Source: Opitutaceae bacterium
Lineage (GTDB): Bacteria > Verrucomicrobiota > Verrucomicrobiia > Opitutales > Coraliomargaritaceae
Assembly: GCA_051252375.1 (NCBI GenBank)
Contig: JBPOFY010000003.1
Coordinates: 96,001 to 160,000 of the forward strand
DNA: 64,000 bases
Reading direction: 5' to 3'
Under the pieces are notes generated by a model. The model did no database searches, was not told the origin of the DNA, and worked only from the letters and a program-made list of their open reading frames with translations. Of the stretch, positions 12,863 through 23,034 are shown piece after piece; positions within the stretch are counted from its first letter, which is position 1; each line of letters starts with the position of its first letter. The position numbers and the translations under genes are program-made.

Positions 12863-13771
12863 ATGACTTCTGAGACTTTGCCATTTCCACTGCCTGAAAA
12901 ACCGCTTTTGAAAGTGGATAATCTGCCTTATCCATTGGTCGCGTCCGGTAAGGTGCGTGAAGTGTATGACATGGGCGATGCCTTGCTCATGGTTGCTACC
13001 GACCGTGTGTCTGCATTTGATGTGATCATGACCGAAGGCTTGGCCGGCAAGGGCGTGCTCCTGACGCAAATCAGTCTTTATTGGTTTGAGAGAGCTGCCG
13101 CACTCACGCAGCACCACTTGGTTGATAATCACGCGGCTCGCATCGTTGAACTCGGCAAGACTCATCCTGAGTTGGAGCATCGCAGCATGATTGTGAAGAA
13201 GCTCAAGCCATTGTCGATCGAAGCGGTCGTGCGCGGCTACTTGTCTGGATCCGGTTGGAAGGCTTATCAACAGACGGGGCAATTATTTGAATATACGCTC
13301 CCCAATGACCTTCAAGATAGTAGCCAGTTGCCGCAACCTGTGTTTACACCCACGACTAAAGTGGCATCGGGGCATGATATGCCGATTGATTGCGCAGATG
13401 CAGCCAAGTTGATTGGCGAGGAACTCTTCAAGAAAGTGCACGATCTGAGTATCGCGCTGTATAATATGGGAGTAGAGCGAGCCGACGCAGCGAATTTGAT
13501 TCTCGCTGATACCAAGTTTGAATTTGGCACAGATGAAGCGGGCGACCTTTACTTGATTGATGAAATTCTAACACCTGATTCTTCGCGCTACTGGCCGCGC
13601 GAAGGGTATGCGCCCGGTGGGGCACAGCCTTCTTTCGATAAGCAATTCGTGCGCGACTATTTAGAGTCGCTTGATTGGGATAAAACACCACCGCCTCCAT
13701 CACTTCCTGAAGATGTATTGAAGGGCACACTCGATCGTTACATTCAAGCATATGCAAAAATCACAGGGTGA
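12863..13771 (+). CDS. purC: Phosphoribosylaminoimidazole-succinocarboxamide synthase
   Basis: GKVREVY, TDRVSAFD, RGYLSGSGW, DTKFEFG, DEILTPDSSRYW, DKQFVRDYL. Confidence 0.97.
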   Translation: MTSETLPFPLPEKPLLKVDNLPYPLVASGKVREVYDMGDALLMVATDRVSAFDVIMTEGLAGKGVLLTQISLYWFERAAALTQHHLVDNHAARIVELGKTHPELEHRSMIVKKLKPLSIEAVVRGYLSGSGWKAYQQTGQLFEYTLPNDLQDSSQLPQPVFTPTTKVASGHDMPIDCADAAKLIGEELFKKVHDLSIALYNMGVERADAANLILADTKFEFGTDEAGDLYLIDEILTPDSSRYWPREGYAPGGAQPSFDKQFVRDYLESLDWDKTPPPPSLPEDVLKGTLDRYIQAYAKITG

Positions 13772-13776
13772 TTTTT

Positions 13777-13868
13777 AGTGGAAAGTCGGGAGTGGGAAGT
13801 GAAGAGTTTCACTTGGCGCTAAACTGATATTCTGCATTTCTCTTACTTTCCACTCTCCACTTCCTACT
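13777..13868. repeat. Inverted pair of heptamer tandem arrays (AGTGGAA-like)
   Basis: AGTGGAA AGTCGGG AGTGGGA AGTGAAG (13777-13804) and TCTTACT TTCCACT CTCCACT TCCTACT (13841-13868). Confidence 0.75.
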
Positions 13869-13875
13869 AAAGAAC

Positions 13876-14334
13876 ATGCCCATTTGGTTGATTGAATATT
13901 TCGGAGCGCGTGATCTGGAGCAGGTATTTCTTTTTATTGCGTTGATGACCGCACCTATTTGGATCGCGATGATTGCTTTTTCGAATGCAAAAGCAGTGCG
14001 CGCGTTTGCTCAGCCCTTTGTCGTGGCTCCGCTTTATTGCATTGTTCTGTTTGTGCTGCTTTGGAAAGCATACGAAGCTTCTATACTACCGGAACCCATC
14101 ATTGAGGCGACCTACCACTCGGCGCGCGACTTTGCCGAGCATCCGATTGCATTCCTTGTCTTGTTTTGCAATTATCAGATATTGAATTTGTTTCTGGGCA
14201 CTATGATTTATCAAAAAGCAATTAAGTGCGGTTTCCGTGCTCCTGTAGAGCTACTGCTGTGCGGGTGCTTCGGCGCGATTGCTTTGGTGCCTTTTAGTAT
14301 TCGTTTAATCTTACGGAGACGAGTCACTCAATGA
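13876..14334 (+). CDS. ABA4/DUF4281-like membrane protein (divergent)
   Basis: 152 aa, 4 TM, PxWxxMI and LFLG/FG patterns resemble DUF4281. Confidence 0.6.
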   Translation: MPIWLIEYFGARDLEQVFLFIALMTAPIWIAMIAFSNAKAVRAFAQPFVVAPLYCIVLFVLLWKAYEASILPEPIIEATYHSARDFAEHPIAFLVLFCNYQILNLFLGTMIYQKAIKCGFRAPVELLLCGCFGAIALVPFSIRLILRRRVTQ

Positions 14335-15455
14335 GACCGATTATGGAATTGGGGATGACGGATGTCGCTTCTCGCCCTAGGGGACGTGGTGCATGGAAGC
14401 TTGGCGGTATTGTCGGCTTGGTGCTTACGCTCTACGTGGTGGTCAGGAACTATCTCTTTATACAAGCAGGCATGCTGCGGCCGGACTTTGGGGTCATCCA
14501 TGAAGCTTACCATTTCAACTTAGGCCAGTTGGGGTGGATTCTATGTGCGGTGGCGGTTGTATTTATTGGTCTCGCAGTGACTTGGCGAGGATTGCGCCGA
14601 AACTTACTGTGGGTGGCGGCTTTGTATGCCTTTCTCGGATTCGATATTTTTGCACTGCGCTACTACGTCACAAATATAGAGCCGGAGCATCTGGTGGTGA
14701 AGCAGGTGCGTTTAGAAACGCCTAAGCTCACTGCACCCATTCGATTACTTCATATCTCGGATATACAGGCGGGATCGGTGGAAGATTACCAACTTGAAAT
14801 CTTTAAACAGATTATAGCGCTCAAGCCTGATATTATTATAAACACGGGCGACTTCTTGCAGGTAGTCCCGCCGGCGACTTTCAATGAAGAGTGGGGGAAG
14901 TTGTTCGAGTTGATTCAATCAGCCAATCCACGCTACGGCACCTATGCGGTATATGGGGATACCGAGCGTGAACTTTATCGTTTAAGACCTGAAGCGATTG
15001 AACCCTTGCGTATGCTGTCTTCGCGGTCTCAGCAAATCCCTGTGGACGGTGGCTCGCTCAGTTTGCACGGGCTCAGCCTATATCAATCCAAATCAAGTGA
15101 CTGGGCGATGCGAACGGTCGACACGTGGCTACAAGAATCGCCAGAAAGTGATTTCAGAATATTGTTTGGGCATGCGCCTGATTACGCATTATCTGTCGGC
15201 GAGAAGTCCATCGACCTGTGTCTTGCTGGACACACTCATGGTGGGCAGATTCGACTCCCTTGGTATGGTCCACTTGTGATTGATAGTGAGGTGCCGAAGG
15301 AGTGGTCGCGTGGCTTTCGTCGTATCGGAATTCCTTATTTAAATGTCTCTGCGGGAGCTGGTTCAAATCGTTTTAACGGCTTACCTCCGCTGAGGTTTAA
15401 TTGTCCTACCGAAATGACGCTCATCGAACTGGTTCCGATTCGGCCGATTCGATAA
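14331..15455 (+). CDS. Membrane-anchored metallophosphoesterase (YkuE/YaeI-like)
   Basis: 3 N-terminal TM; HISD, TGDF, GHAPD, LAGHTHGGQI motifs; ATGA overlap with upstream gene. Confidence 0.85.
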   Translation: MRPIMELGMTDVASRPRGRGAWKLGGIVGLVLTLYVVVRNYLFIQAGMLRPDFGVIHEAYHFNLGQLGWILCAVAVVFIGLAVTWRGLRRNLLWVAALYAFLGFDIFALRYYVTNIEPEHLVVKQVRLETPKLTAPIRLLHISDIQAGSVEDYQLEIFKQIIALKPDIIINTGDFLQVVPPATFNEEWGKLFELIQSANPRYGTYAVYGDTERELYRLRPEAIEPLRMLSSRSQQIPVDGGSLSLHGLSLYQSKSSDWAMRTVDTWLQESPESDFRILFGHAPDYALSVGEKSIDLCLAGHTHGGQIRLPWYGPLVIDSEVPKEWSRGFRRIGIPYLNVSAGAGSNRFNGLPPLRFNCPTEMTLIELVPIRPIR

Positions 15456-15468
15456 GTGTAGAGGGCAC

Positions 15469-15500
15469 AAAAAAGCCCACCGCGTAAACGGTGAGCTTTT
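15469..15500. terminator. Bidirectional intrinsic terminator
   Basis: AAAAAAGCCCACCG-CGTAAA-CGGTGAGCTTTT between convergent genes. Confidence 0.8.
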
Positions 15501-15522
15501 GTATTGAAGATTTAACTACGTC

Positions 15523-17508
15523 TTAGAGTAGTTCTTTGGCTACCTTGGCGACGTTGTCGGCTGTCATGCCGAGTTGCTCCATCACGGTGTCACCAGGAGC
15601 GGAGATACCGAAGCGGTCGATGCAGACAGTCTTGCCGGTCAGGCCAACGTATTTGCCCCAAGTCGCGGAAACGCCAGCTTCGACGGCTACACGTTTTGCG
15701 CAGCTGCTAGGGAGAACGCTTTCAATGTATTCAGCGGATTGGCGTTCGAAGCGCTCGAAGCAGGGGAGAGACACCACGCGGATGCCATCACCGAGTTGCT
15801 CGGCAGCACCGAGTGCGTGTTGCACTTCAGAACCTGTGGCGAGGATGATGAGTTTCAAGTCGCCGGTTTCTTGCTTCGCGATGTAACCGCCCTTGATGGT
15901 GCCTTCGCGACGATCGGCAACACTGACGGCATCGTTGGCCGGAATGTTTTGACGAGTCAGGATGAGTGCAGTCGGGCCATCGTTGCGAAGTGTCGCGGCT
16001 GCAAATGCTGCTGCGGTTTCTTCGGCGTCGGATGGACGGATCACATCAAGATTTGGAATCACACGCAGTCCACTAACTGTTTCGACTGGTTGGTGAGTGG
16101 GGCCGTCTTCGCCAACACCGACAGAGTCGTGTGTGAAGATGTAAGTGACGGGGAGCTTCGCGAGCGATGCGAGGCGGATAGAGCCACGCATGTAGTCGGC
16201 AAATACGAGGAAGGTCGCGCCACTGGGGCGGAAGATGCCGTCGTAAGCGATACCATTGCAGATCGCACCCATGCCGTGTTCGCGGATACCGAACCAGATG
16301 TTGCGGCCAGCATAGTTATCTGCACCGAAGTCGCCGCCATCCTTAATGTAATTCTTCGTCGAGCCGTAGAGGTCCGCGGAGCCTGAGATGAGCTGTGGCA
16401 CTTCTTTGGCGACGGCATTGATGACGACACCGCCGGAGGCGCGTGTTGCCGAGCCTGTGCCTGCGTCGAACTCAGGGATGCGGGAAACTAGGTCGGCAGG
16501 AATGTCGCCATTGACGCCAGCTTCAAGCTCAGCGGCTAGTGCTGGGTTAGCGGTCTTCCATGCGCTGTAAGTAGCGTCCCAGTTGGCTTTGCCAGCTTTG
16601 CCGCATTCTGCGACCTTGGTGAAGTATTCGCGCACTTCAGCGGAAACGTAGAAGAGTTCTGCTGGGAGACCGAGTCCCTTGCGGGCGCTTTCAGCAAACT
16701 TTGCGCCGCCTTCACCGTGTCCGGCAGCAGTGCCTTCGACTTCAGGAATGCCTTTACCGATGGTGGTCTTGGCGATGATGACGGTTGGTTTACCGTTATC
16801 GTTTTCTTTTGCGGTGGTGACGGCTTCGGAAACTGCCGCGAGGTCGTGGCCATTGATTGTGATCGCATCCCATCCTTGTGATGCAAAGTATGCGGCTGCA
16901 TCTTCGCTTTGTGTGCGGTCTGCCATGGCGTCGAGTGTGACGTCGTTGGAATCGTAAATCAGGACAAGGTTGTCGAGTTTGTTGTGTCCCGCGAAAGCGA
17001 TGGCTTCTTTGGCGACACCTTCTTGGAGGCAGCCATCACCGTGGAGGGCGAATACGTGCTGATCGAAAATGGTATGTTCCGTAGTGTTGAATTTAGCGGC
17101 TGCGTGTTTGCCGGAAAGGGCGTAACCAACTGCGTTACCGATACCTTGGCCGAGTGGACCTGTGGTGGCTTCGACACCGACGGTGTCGCCGAACTCAGGG
17201 TGACCCGGTGTTTCAGAGCCGAGTTTACGGAAGCTCTTTACTTCTTCGAGTGAAAGATCGTAACCAGCAATGTGCAACCATGAGTAAATGAACATGGAGC
17301 CGTGACCTCCAGAGAGGACGAAACGGTCGCGATTGAGCCACTTAGGTGATGTAGGATCGTAGCGGAGTCCACCGTTGCCAAATAGGACGGCGCCGATTTC
17401 GGCACAACCGAGAGGGAGTCCGAGGTGCCCGGAACTGCAGGCGTGGATGGCGTCGATTGCGAGGCCACGTGCTTGTGTGGCTGCTTGTGAGAGGATCTCT
17501 GTTTGCAT
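15523..17508 (-). CDS. tkt: Transketolase
   Basis: [47 protein letters not shown]. Confidence 0.98.
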   Translation of the reverse strand: MQTEILSQAATQARGLAIDAIHACSSGHLGLPLGCAEIGAVLFGNGGLRYDPTSPKWLNRDRFVLSGGHGSMFIYSWLHIAGYDLSLEEVKSFRKLGSETPGHPEFGDTVGVEATTGPLGQGIGNAVGYALSGKHAAAKFNTTEHTIFDQHVFALHGDGCLQEGVAKEAIAFAGHNKLDNLVLIYDSNDVTLDAMADRTQSEDAAAYFASQGWDAITINGHDLAAVSEAVTTAKENDNGKPTVIIAKTTIGKGIPEVEGTAAGHGEGGAKFAESARKGLGLPAELFYVSAEVREYFTKVAECGKAGKANWDATYSAWKTANPALAAELEAGVNGDIPADLVSRIPEFDAGTGSATRASGGVVINAVAKEVPQLISGSADLYGSTKNYIKDGGDFGADNYAGRNIWFGIREHGMGAICNGIAYDGIFRPSGATFLVFADYMRGSIRLASLAKLPVTYIFTHDSVGVGEDGPTHQPVETVSGLRVIPNLDVIRPSDAEETAAAFAAATLRNDGPTALILTRQNIPANDAVSVADRREGTIKGGYIAKQETGDLKLIILATGSEVQHALGAAEQLGDGIRVVSLPCFERFERQSAEYIESVLPSSCAKRVAVEAGVSATWGKYVGLTGKTVCIDRFGISAPGDTVMEQLGMTADNVAKVAKELL

Positions 17509-17679
17509 AGCTTAGTGTCTAGTTTGCGCGATGACCGCGTCTGAGTGGATTGTTAAAACGAAGTAGGATGCTCTGCTGCGCGTGAATGAAAAGGAAAAAC
17601 CCCGATTTCGGATGAATTCTCCTCATTCCTGGTATTCAAATCTCGACTCAGTGTCGTGCGGCGTCTTAGACCTTCATTC

Positions 17680-18105
17680 ATGACTCATGAAGAACTTGAA
17701 GAGGGCTCGGTCCTGAACCTTGATTTTACTAAATTACGCAAAGTTGCGAATTGTGGTGCCGATGTGCTGCCTGCGATTGCGCAAGATGCGAGCACTGGGG
17801 AAGTCTTGATCGTCGGTTATGCCAATCAGTTGGCATTGGACACCGCTCGTGAGTGCGGCATGGCAACTTTTTGGAGCACGAGCCGTAACGAGCTTTGGAT
17901 CAAAGGGAAGACCAGTGGGGATTACCTTAAGATCGAAGACATTCGGGTGAATTGTGAGCAGAACTCGATTCTCTACAAAGTCACACCTGCAGGGAAGGGC
18001 GCTTGCCACACAAAAAATCAAGCAGGTATCGCACGTTCGGGCTGCTACTATCGCAGTGTGAAGACTGACGGCTCGCTTGAGTTCGTCGATTCTAGCCAAG
18101 TGTAA
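17680..18105 (+). CDS. hisI: Phosphoribosyl-AMP cyclohydrolase
   Basis: AIAQD, FWSTSRNELWIKGKTSG, NCEQ, ACHT...CYY; likely start MTHEEL. Confidence 0.92.
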   Translation: MTHEELEEGSVLNLDFTKLRKVANCGADVLPAIAQDASTGEVLIVGYANQLALDTARECGMATFWSTSRNELWIKGKTSGDYLKIEDIRVNCEQNSILYKVTPAGKGACHTKNQAGIARSGCYYRSVKTDGSLEFVDSSQV

Positions 18106-18140
18106 CGCAACGCTGGTGGTGTGCGTTCGATGCGCCTTCC

Positions 18141-18773
18141 TTACTCGGTTTCGGTGACGACTTCTTCGACTTCTGCTGCTGTTTCAGTTTCGGTCGCAAC
18201 TGGCTGGGCTGCGTCTGTTTTGGCAGGCCATGGGCTGAGCACTTCGTCGGCGATTTGACGCGCGAGTCCACGGGTAAGAATCGGCATGCCGTCATACTCT
18301 GCTTTCACAAAGCCTGTCGGGTCTGTTGCGGCAGCTGTGTAGGGGTTCTGAATATACAAATTGTTGCGTTCTTCGAGCTGTCGATTCTGGAAGAGGAAGT
18401 TGCCCTTGTTTGTGTCGTAAAGTGAAAGTTGGGCCACGAGGGTGGTGTTATAAGTGGCTGCGCTGACCGTGTCGTCACGACGACGTGCGGCGGACTGGCG
18501 GATGTAATCAGTGATGGTGACTTCGAGCACGATGTCGGCTTCTTTCTCGTCACTGAGCACTTTTACGCGACCATCTCGGATGAAGGCTTGTCGGATATTC
18601 GCGCTCAGCAGTGCTTGCGCTTGTGGGGCAAAGCTTTCATTGCCGGCAGGTCGGATGTAAATCGATTCAAACGGCAATTCTGTTGGCGCACCTAGTTGGT
18701 AGGATGCACAGCCGTTGAACAATGAAAGTGCAATGAGGCTGAGGCTGGCGAGGACTGTGCGTCGTGTTAGCAT
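18141..18773 (-). CDS. lptE: LPS assembly lipoprotein LptE
   Basis: Lipobox FNGC followed by ASYQLG; AD-x-x-L pattern; downstream of bamD. Confidence 0.8.
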   Translation of the reverse strand: MLTRRTVLASLSLIALSLFNGCASYQLGAPTELPFESIYIRPAGNESFAPQAQALLSANIRQAFIRDGRVKVLSDEKEADIVLEVTITDYIRQSAARRRDDTVSAATYNTTLVAQLSLYDTNKGNFLFQNRQLEERNNLYIQNPYTAAATDPTGFVKAEYDGMPILTRGLARQIADEVLSPWPAKTDAAQPVATETETAAEVEEVVTETE

Positions 18774-18818
18774 AGAGCGAACGGTGTGTGAATCAGTGAG
18801 TGGGCGCAACTTTATAGC

Positions 18819-19841
18819 TTAATCCATTAGGAACACTTTACGTAGCATTGTGGCGCCATTGACTGGGCGGACACCTGCTTCGATGTCTTCAATTCGAGCG
18901 GTGGCTTCTTGGGCCGCCTCAGAGTCGGGTGCGATCGTGATGGTTTCGTTATAGAAAATCAGTGCGGCAGTGTTGTTGCTGCGGTATAAGTAGTAGAAAT
19001 CGCCCAGATTGAGTCGGCTGGTCGCGAGTAGATTTTCCATGCCTTCTAGATTGGACTCGACCTCGCCAGTGTAGTTGCTGGTAGGGAAAAGGACGAGAAA
19101 GTCTTCGTAGTAGCTCATCGCTTGGCGAGTGGAGCCTTGGTCGTATTCACTTCCTTTTACCAGATTGGAGTAGGTGGTGGCCAAGTTGTAGTACGCGTCG
19201 GGTGCGAGCATACTTTGCGGATAATAATTGATTAAACGGTCGAGCGCATCGATCGCATCTTCTGGTTTCTCCTCTTGCTCGGCAACTAATGCGATATTCA
19301 TGAGCGCGAGTGGTGCATAGTCACTGTAGGGGGCATTGTTAACGATCTGCTCAAATTCCTCCATGGCTTTGTCGTATTGACGGAAGCCTGGGAAAACCCA
19401 GAGGATGCGACCACGCGCGCCTTCCATATGGGCAGTCGCACAATCGAATTGTGAGCCAATGACACGGTCGAAGTCTTCGTAGTTGGGGTGTTTTTTGACG
19501 ATGGTTTGAAGGGAGTCGAAGGCTTTATCCCAGCGCTCACGAGTCATCAAAATACGTGCGCGAAGAAAGAGCGCTTCACCCGTAGCCTTGGCCGTGGGGT
19601 AGTTCTTAATGATCTTTTTGAATGTGCGGTTGGCTGAACCAGTGCTGCCAGCTTGCAGTTTTTGACGACCAACTTCTAGCATGCTGGCCGCAGCGGCTTC
19701 GTCGGACGCACTTGCGACCCACATATTGCTGGGTTCTTCATCGTCGCTAAACCATTTAATTGGATTGAGCGAGAAATCGGCGCAAAGCGTCGAAGTAAGT
19801 GAAAGCAATATGATGGAAATATAAGTGAGTGTGTGACGCAT
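18819..19841 (-). CDS. bamD: Outer membrane protein assembly factor BamD (TPR)
   Basis: Signal peptide, TPR repeats with YP-S motifs, YDQGSTRQA...FP-S-Y. Confidence 0.85.
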   Translation of the reverse strand: MRHTLTYISIILLSLTSTLCADFSLNPIKWFSDDEEPSNMWVASASDEAAAASMLEVGRQKLQAGSTGSANRTFKKIIKNYPTAKATGEALFLRARILMTRERWDKAFDSLQTIVKKHPNYEDFDRVIGSQFDCATAHMEGARGRILWVFPGFRQYDKAMEEFEQIVNNAPYSDYAPLALMNIALVAEQEEKPEDAIDALDRLINYYPQSMLAPDAYYNLATTYSNLVKGSEYDQGSTRQAMSYYEDFLVLFPTSNYTGEVESNLEGMENLLATSRLNLGDFYYLYRSNNTAALIFYNETITIAPDSEAAQEATARIEDIEAGVRPVNGATMLRKVFLMD

Positions 19842-19849
19842 AAAAAGTG

Positions 19850-20848
19850 TTATTGCCATTTGATGAGTGCTGATGCCCAGGTCAAGCCTGCGCCGAAAGC
19901 GACCAATAGTAGTAAATCGCCGGATTTGATGCGTCCAGCGCGATACGCCTCATCGAGCGCGATCCCTACTGATGCGGCCGATGTGTTACCGTAACGATCC
20001 AAATTGTTGTGGAATTTCTCCATCGGAATTTTCATGCGCTTTGCCAAGCTATCGATAATTCGCATGTTTGCTTGGTGTGGGATGACTAGATCGATATCAC
20101 TGGATTCAAAGCCTTGCTGTTCGAGAATGTCTGCACTGGCTTTGCCCATGACGCGCACGGCTTGCTTGAAAATTTCTTTGCCGTTCATCTTCAAGAAATG
20201 CTGACGGGCGGCGAGAGAGTCAGTTGATGACGGGATCGCGGAACCGCCGGCAGGTTGGTGCAATAGGCTCGGGTCGGAACCATCTGAGCCTCCTAAAGCT
20301 CCGAGGATACCGACATTGGGCACATCGCTGCGGGAGAGGACGACTGCGCCGGCACCATCACCAAAGAGGACGCAGGTAGTGCGGTCTTCGAAGTCGAGGA
20401 TCGGGCTAGTTTTTTCTGCGCCGATCACGAGTGCTTTGTTGAAGTTGCCCGACAGAAGCATGGCGTTGGCAATACCCAAGGTATAGACAAATCCTGAGCA
20501 GGCAGCTTGCACATCAAATGCGCAAACGTTTGGGAGATCTAGTTTGCTCTGAACGAGACAAGCGGTGGACGGAAAAGGCATGTCCGGTGTCATCGTCGCA
20601 ACGATGATGAGGTCGATTTCACTGCGGTCGATGCCCGCGGCTTCAATCGCACGTGCACCGGCGGCGCAGGCTAAATCACTTGTGGCTTCGTCGTCAGCAG
20701 CAAATCGGCGCTCAGAGATGCCGGTTCGTGTGCGAATCCACTCGTCGGATGTATCAACGATTTTTGCCATGTCATCGTTGGTCACGATACGATCAGGAAC
20801 ATACGAACCCGTGCCGAGAACGATGACAGATGATGTTTGGCTAGACAT
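19850..20848 (-). CDS. fabH: 3-oxoacyl-ACP synthase III
   Basis: [26 protein letters not shown]. Confidence 0.97.
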   Translation of the reverse strand: MSSQTSSVIVLGTGSYVPDRIVTNDDMAKIVDTSDEWIRTRTGISERRFAADDEATSDLACAAGARAIEAAGIDRSEIDLIIVATMTPDMPFPSTACLVQSKLDLPNVCAFDVQAACSGFVYTLGIANAMLLSGNFNKALVIGAEKTSPILDFEDRTTCVLFGDGAGAVVLSRSDVPNVGILGALGGSDGSDPSLLHQPAGGSAIPSSTDSLAARQHFLKMNGKEIFKQAVRVMGKASADILEQQGFESSDIDLVIPHQANMRIIDSLAKRMKIPMEKFHNNLDRYGNTSAASVGIALDEAYRAGRIKSGDLLLLVAFGAGLTWASALIKWQ

Positions 20849-20899
20849 GTATAGTGTAGGGCTCTCCTTGGAAATTTTTCGTTAAAGCAGAACTTATTC

Positions 20900-21952
20900 T
20901 TATTCTGCGGTATCAATCAATGCATTAGCTTGATTGATGTCACTACGAATTGAGTCAATCATATCATGTTTAACCAGTTCCGAAGCGATGCGCATGGCGT
21001 TGGCAATGGCAACGTAGTTTGAGGACCCGTGTGACTTTAAAATATTGCCTTGTAGACCAAGCAAAGGCGCACCCGAATGTTGGTCTGGGCTTAAGCGAAC
21101 TTTCATGTCCTTGAAGGCTGAAGCTGACAACGCGGCTCCGATTTTGCGTTTAGTGTTTCGCAAGAGCTCTTCCTTGATCGTGCTGCCGATGAAGCCGAAC
21201 AGGGCTTCGCTGGACTTGAGCACGATATTGCCGACGAAACCATCGCAAACGACCACGTCGATATTACCGTCGAACAGTTGAAAGCCTTCGATCGGACCGA
21301 CGTAATTGATCACGCCGTTGATTTTTTGAAGGTAGCCGTGGGTTTCATTGATGAGGCTGTTACCTTTGCCTGCTTCAGTGCCAATCGTGAGCAAGCCTAC
21401 TCGGGGTTGGCTGATGCCCAAGGCAGCTTTTGCGTAATTGGAGCCAAGTGTTGCATTGTGGACGAGATTTAGAGCCGTGGATTCTGGATTGGCACCAACA
21501 TCGATCAGCACGAAAGGCTTTTTCCGACTAGGCACGATGGTGGCTAGGGCGGGGCGATCGACACCGGGAAGTGGACGCATACGCAGCGTGCCACCAGCCA
21601 TTAATGCGCCAGTGTTGCCGCAGCTAACGAGTGCTTGCGCTTTGCCATCCTTCAGCAAGCCAATCGCTTGCACCATCGAAGAGTCCTTTTTGCGCTTGAG
21701 CGCTTGGATGGGCTTTTCGTCCATCCCGATCACCTCGGTGGCATTGTGTATATGAATGCGATCCGGATCGATCGTGAGCTTACGGACTTTGAGTAGGCGA
21801 CTGAGCAGCTTTTCTTTGCCGACTAGAATGAAGTCGCTCTCGAGCTTCAGCTCTTCGACGGCATAAAAAAGCCCACGGATAAACTCCGTGGGACCTTTGT
21901 CTCCTCCCATGGTGTCGACTGCGATGGTGCAGTTGACAGCGCTTGCGCCCAT
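20900..21952 (-). CDS. plsX: Phosphate acyltransferase PlsX
   Basis: IAVDTMGGD, GNTGA, RPAL, DVGAN, CDGFVGN, KSHGSS. Confidence 0.96.
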   Translation of the reverse strand: MGASAVNCTIAVDTMGGDKGPTEFIRGLFYAVEELKLESDFILVGKEKLLSRLLKVRKLTIDPDRIHIHNATEVIGMDEKPIQALKRKKDSSMVQAIGLLKDGKAQALVSCGNTGALMAGGTLRMRPLPGVDRPALATIVPSRKKPFVLIDVGANPESTALNLVHNATLGSNYAKAALGISQPRVGLLTIGTEAGKGNSLINETHGYLQKINGVINYVGPIEGFQLFDGNIDVVVCDGFVGNIVLKSSEALFGFIGSTIKEELLRNTKRKIGAALSASAFKDMKVRLSPDQHSGAPLLGLQGNILKSHGSSNYVAIANAMRIASELVKHDMIDSIRSDINQANALIDTAE

Positions 21953-21993
21953 AGAAAGCTAAAAAATAAGAGGGTGGCAGTAGGACGCGAGTT

Positions 21994-22173
21994 CTAGACT
22001 TCTACGTCAAGCACTTGGCGACCGCGATACATGCCATTGGCAGGATTGACGCGGTGTGCACGGAAGCGTGTGCCGTCCTGTGGATCCTTAGCGAGCTGAG
22101 GAAGTGCGAATGTGACTGCACCACGGCGCTTGCGGCTGCGTTGCTTAGATTGTTTGCGTTTTGGCTGTCCCAT
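21994..22173 (-). CDS. rpmF: 50S ribosomal protein L32 (missing from the ORF track, 59 aa)
   Basis: MGQPKRKQSKQRSRKRRG...HRVNPANGMYRGRQVLDVEV; canonical position upstream of plsX. Confidence 0.95.
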   Translation of the reverse strand: MGQPKRKQSKQRSRKRRGAVTFALPQLAKDPQDGTRFRAHRVNPANGMYRGRQVLDVEV

Positions 22174-22287
22174 AAAATTGTTTGGTTGGTTTTGGAAAAA
22201 TTAAGATGCGATATCTTGCAAAGTGCGCGGATTAAAGGGGGTTAAAGCTGTCCGTCAAGCAATGAATCAGCATTAATGTGCATTCTT

Positions 22288-22944
22288 TTAACACATTTTG
22301 AGCACGTCCTCGACCAGTTGGTTGATTCCGCTTTCAGCTTCGAGTATATTTTGGGCGAGCATGTAGGCTGGGGTGCTGACGATTTTTAGGTCTTGATCGA
22401 CGATTGTTGCGCCTACCAAGCAGTTCACGTGCTTTGCTCCCTTGGCTTCAATTGCGGCTGCGGTGTCAGGATCGTTCCCGATCGTGACTTTGACTCCTTT
22501 ATTACCGAGTGCGCGTGCCGCCAGAACCGGTGCAATGCACATAAACCCTTGGGGGCGTTTGGCTTCGCAGACATGTTGTATGAGATTCACCGTGGTGGGG
22601 TCGGCATCGTAGGTAGCGCCGTCAAATGCGAAGGTGGATAAGTTTTTAGCGGCACCATAGCCACCAACATAGATAAAGGCATCGAAGTTCGAAACTGTAA
22701 TTTGATCGAGCGGCTGGATCTCGCCGCGGGCAATACGAGCGGCTTCCTGAAGCACATTACGGTCTTCGTCTTCCATGATTGTGCCGGTGCTGTGGTCGAT
22801 CACATGTTTTTGTGTGATGTCGGGCGCCACACATGTAATCTCGGCACCCGCGCGTGAGAGTGCGAGCAAGGTCAACACTGCTTCGTGTATTTCGGAGCCA
22901 TCATAGACTCCGCAACCTGAAAGAATGACGGCTACTTTTTTCAT
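22288..22944 (-). CDS. elbB: Glyoxalase ElbB (DJ-1/ES1 family)
   Basis: KKVAVILSGCGVYDGSEIHEAV, ARIARG, GGYGAAKNL, CIAP, STPAYM. Confidence 0.93.
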   Translation of the reverse strand: MKKVAVILSGCGVYDGSEIHEAVLTLLALSRAGAEITCVAPDITQKHVIDHSTGTIMEDEDRNVLQEAARIARGEIQPLDQITVSNFDAFIYVGGYGAAKNLSTFAFDGATYDADPTTVNLIQHVCEAKRPQGFMCIAPVLAARALGNKGVKVTIGNDPDTAAAIEAKGAKHVNCLVGATIVDQDLKIVSTPAYMLAQNILEAESGINQLVEDVLKMC

Positions 22945-23034
22945 ACCTTTGATAGAGGATGTTTTTGGAAAAGATGCAATATCCATGCATCGAAACGCCT
23001 AAAATGTGTTCTAAGTCGAGGATTTGGTGGTAAA

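Noticed and set aside
12710..13282. 190-aa minus-strand ORF
   Set aside because: Overlaps purC antisense and the tRNA-Glu gene
15574..16386. 270-aa ORF antisense to tkt, and similar antisense ORFs inside gyrB, ilvC, cobA, sucAB and argG
   Set aside because: Shadow frames produced by codon bias of conserved genes; no recognisable motifs
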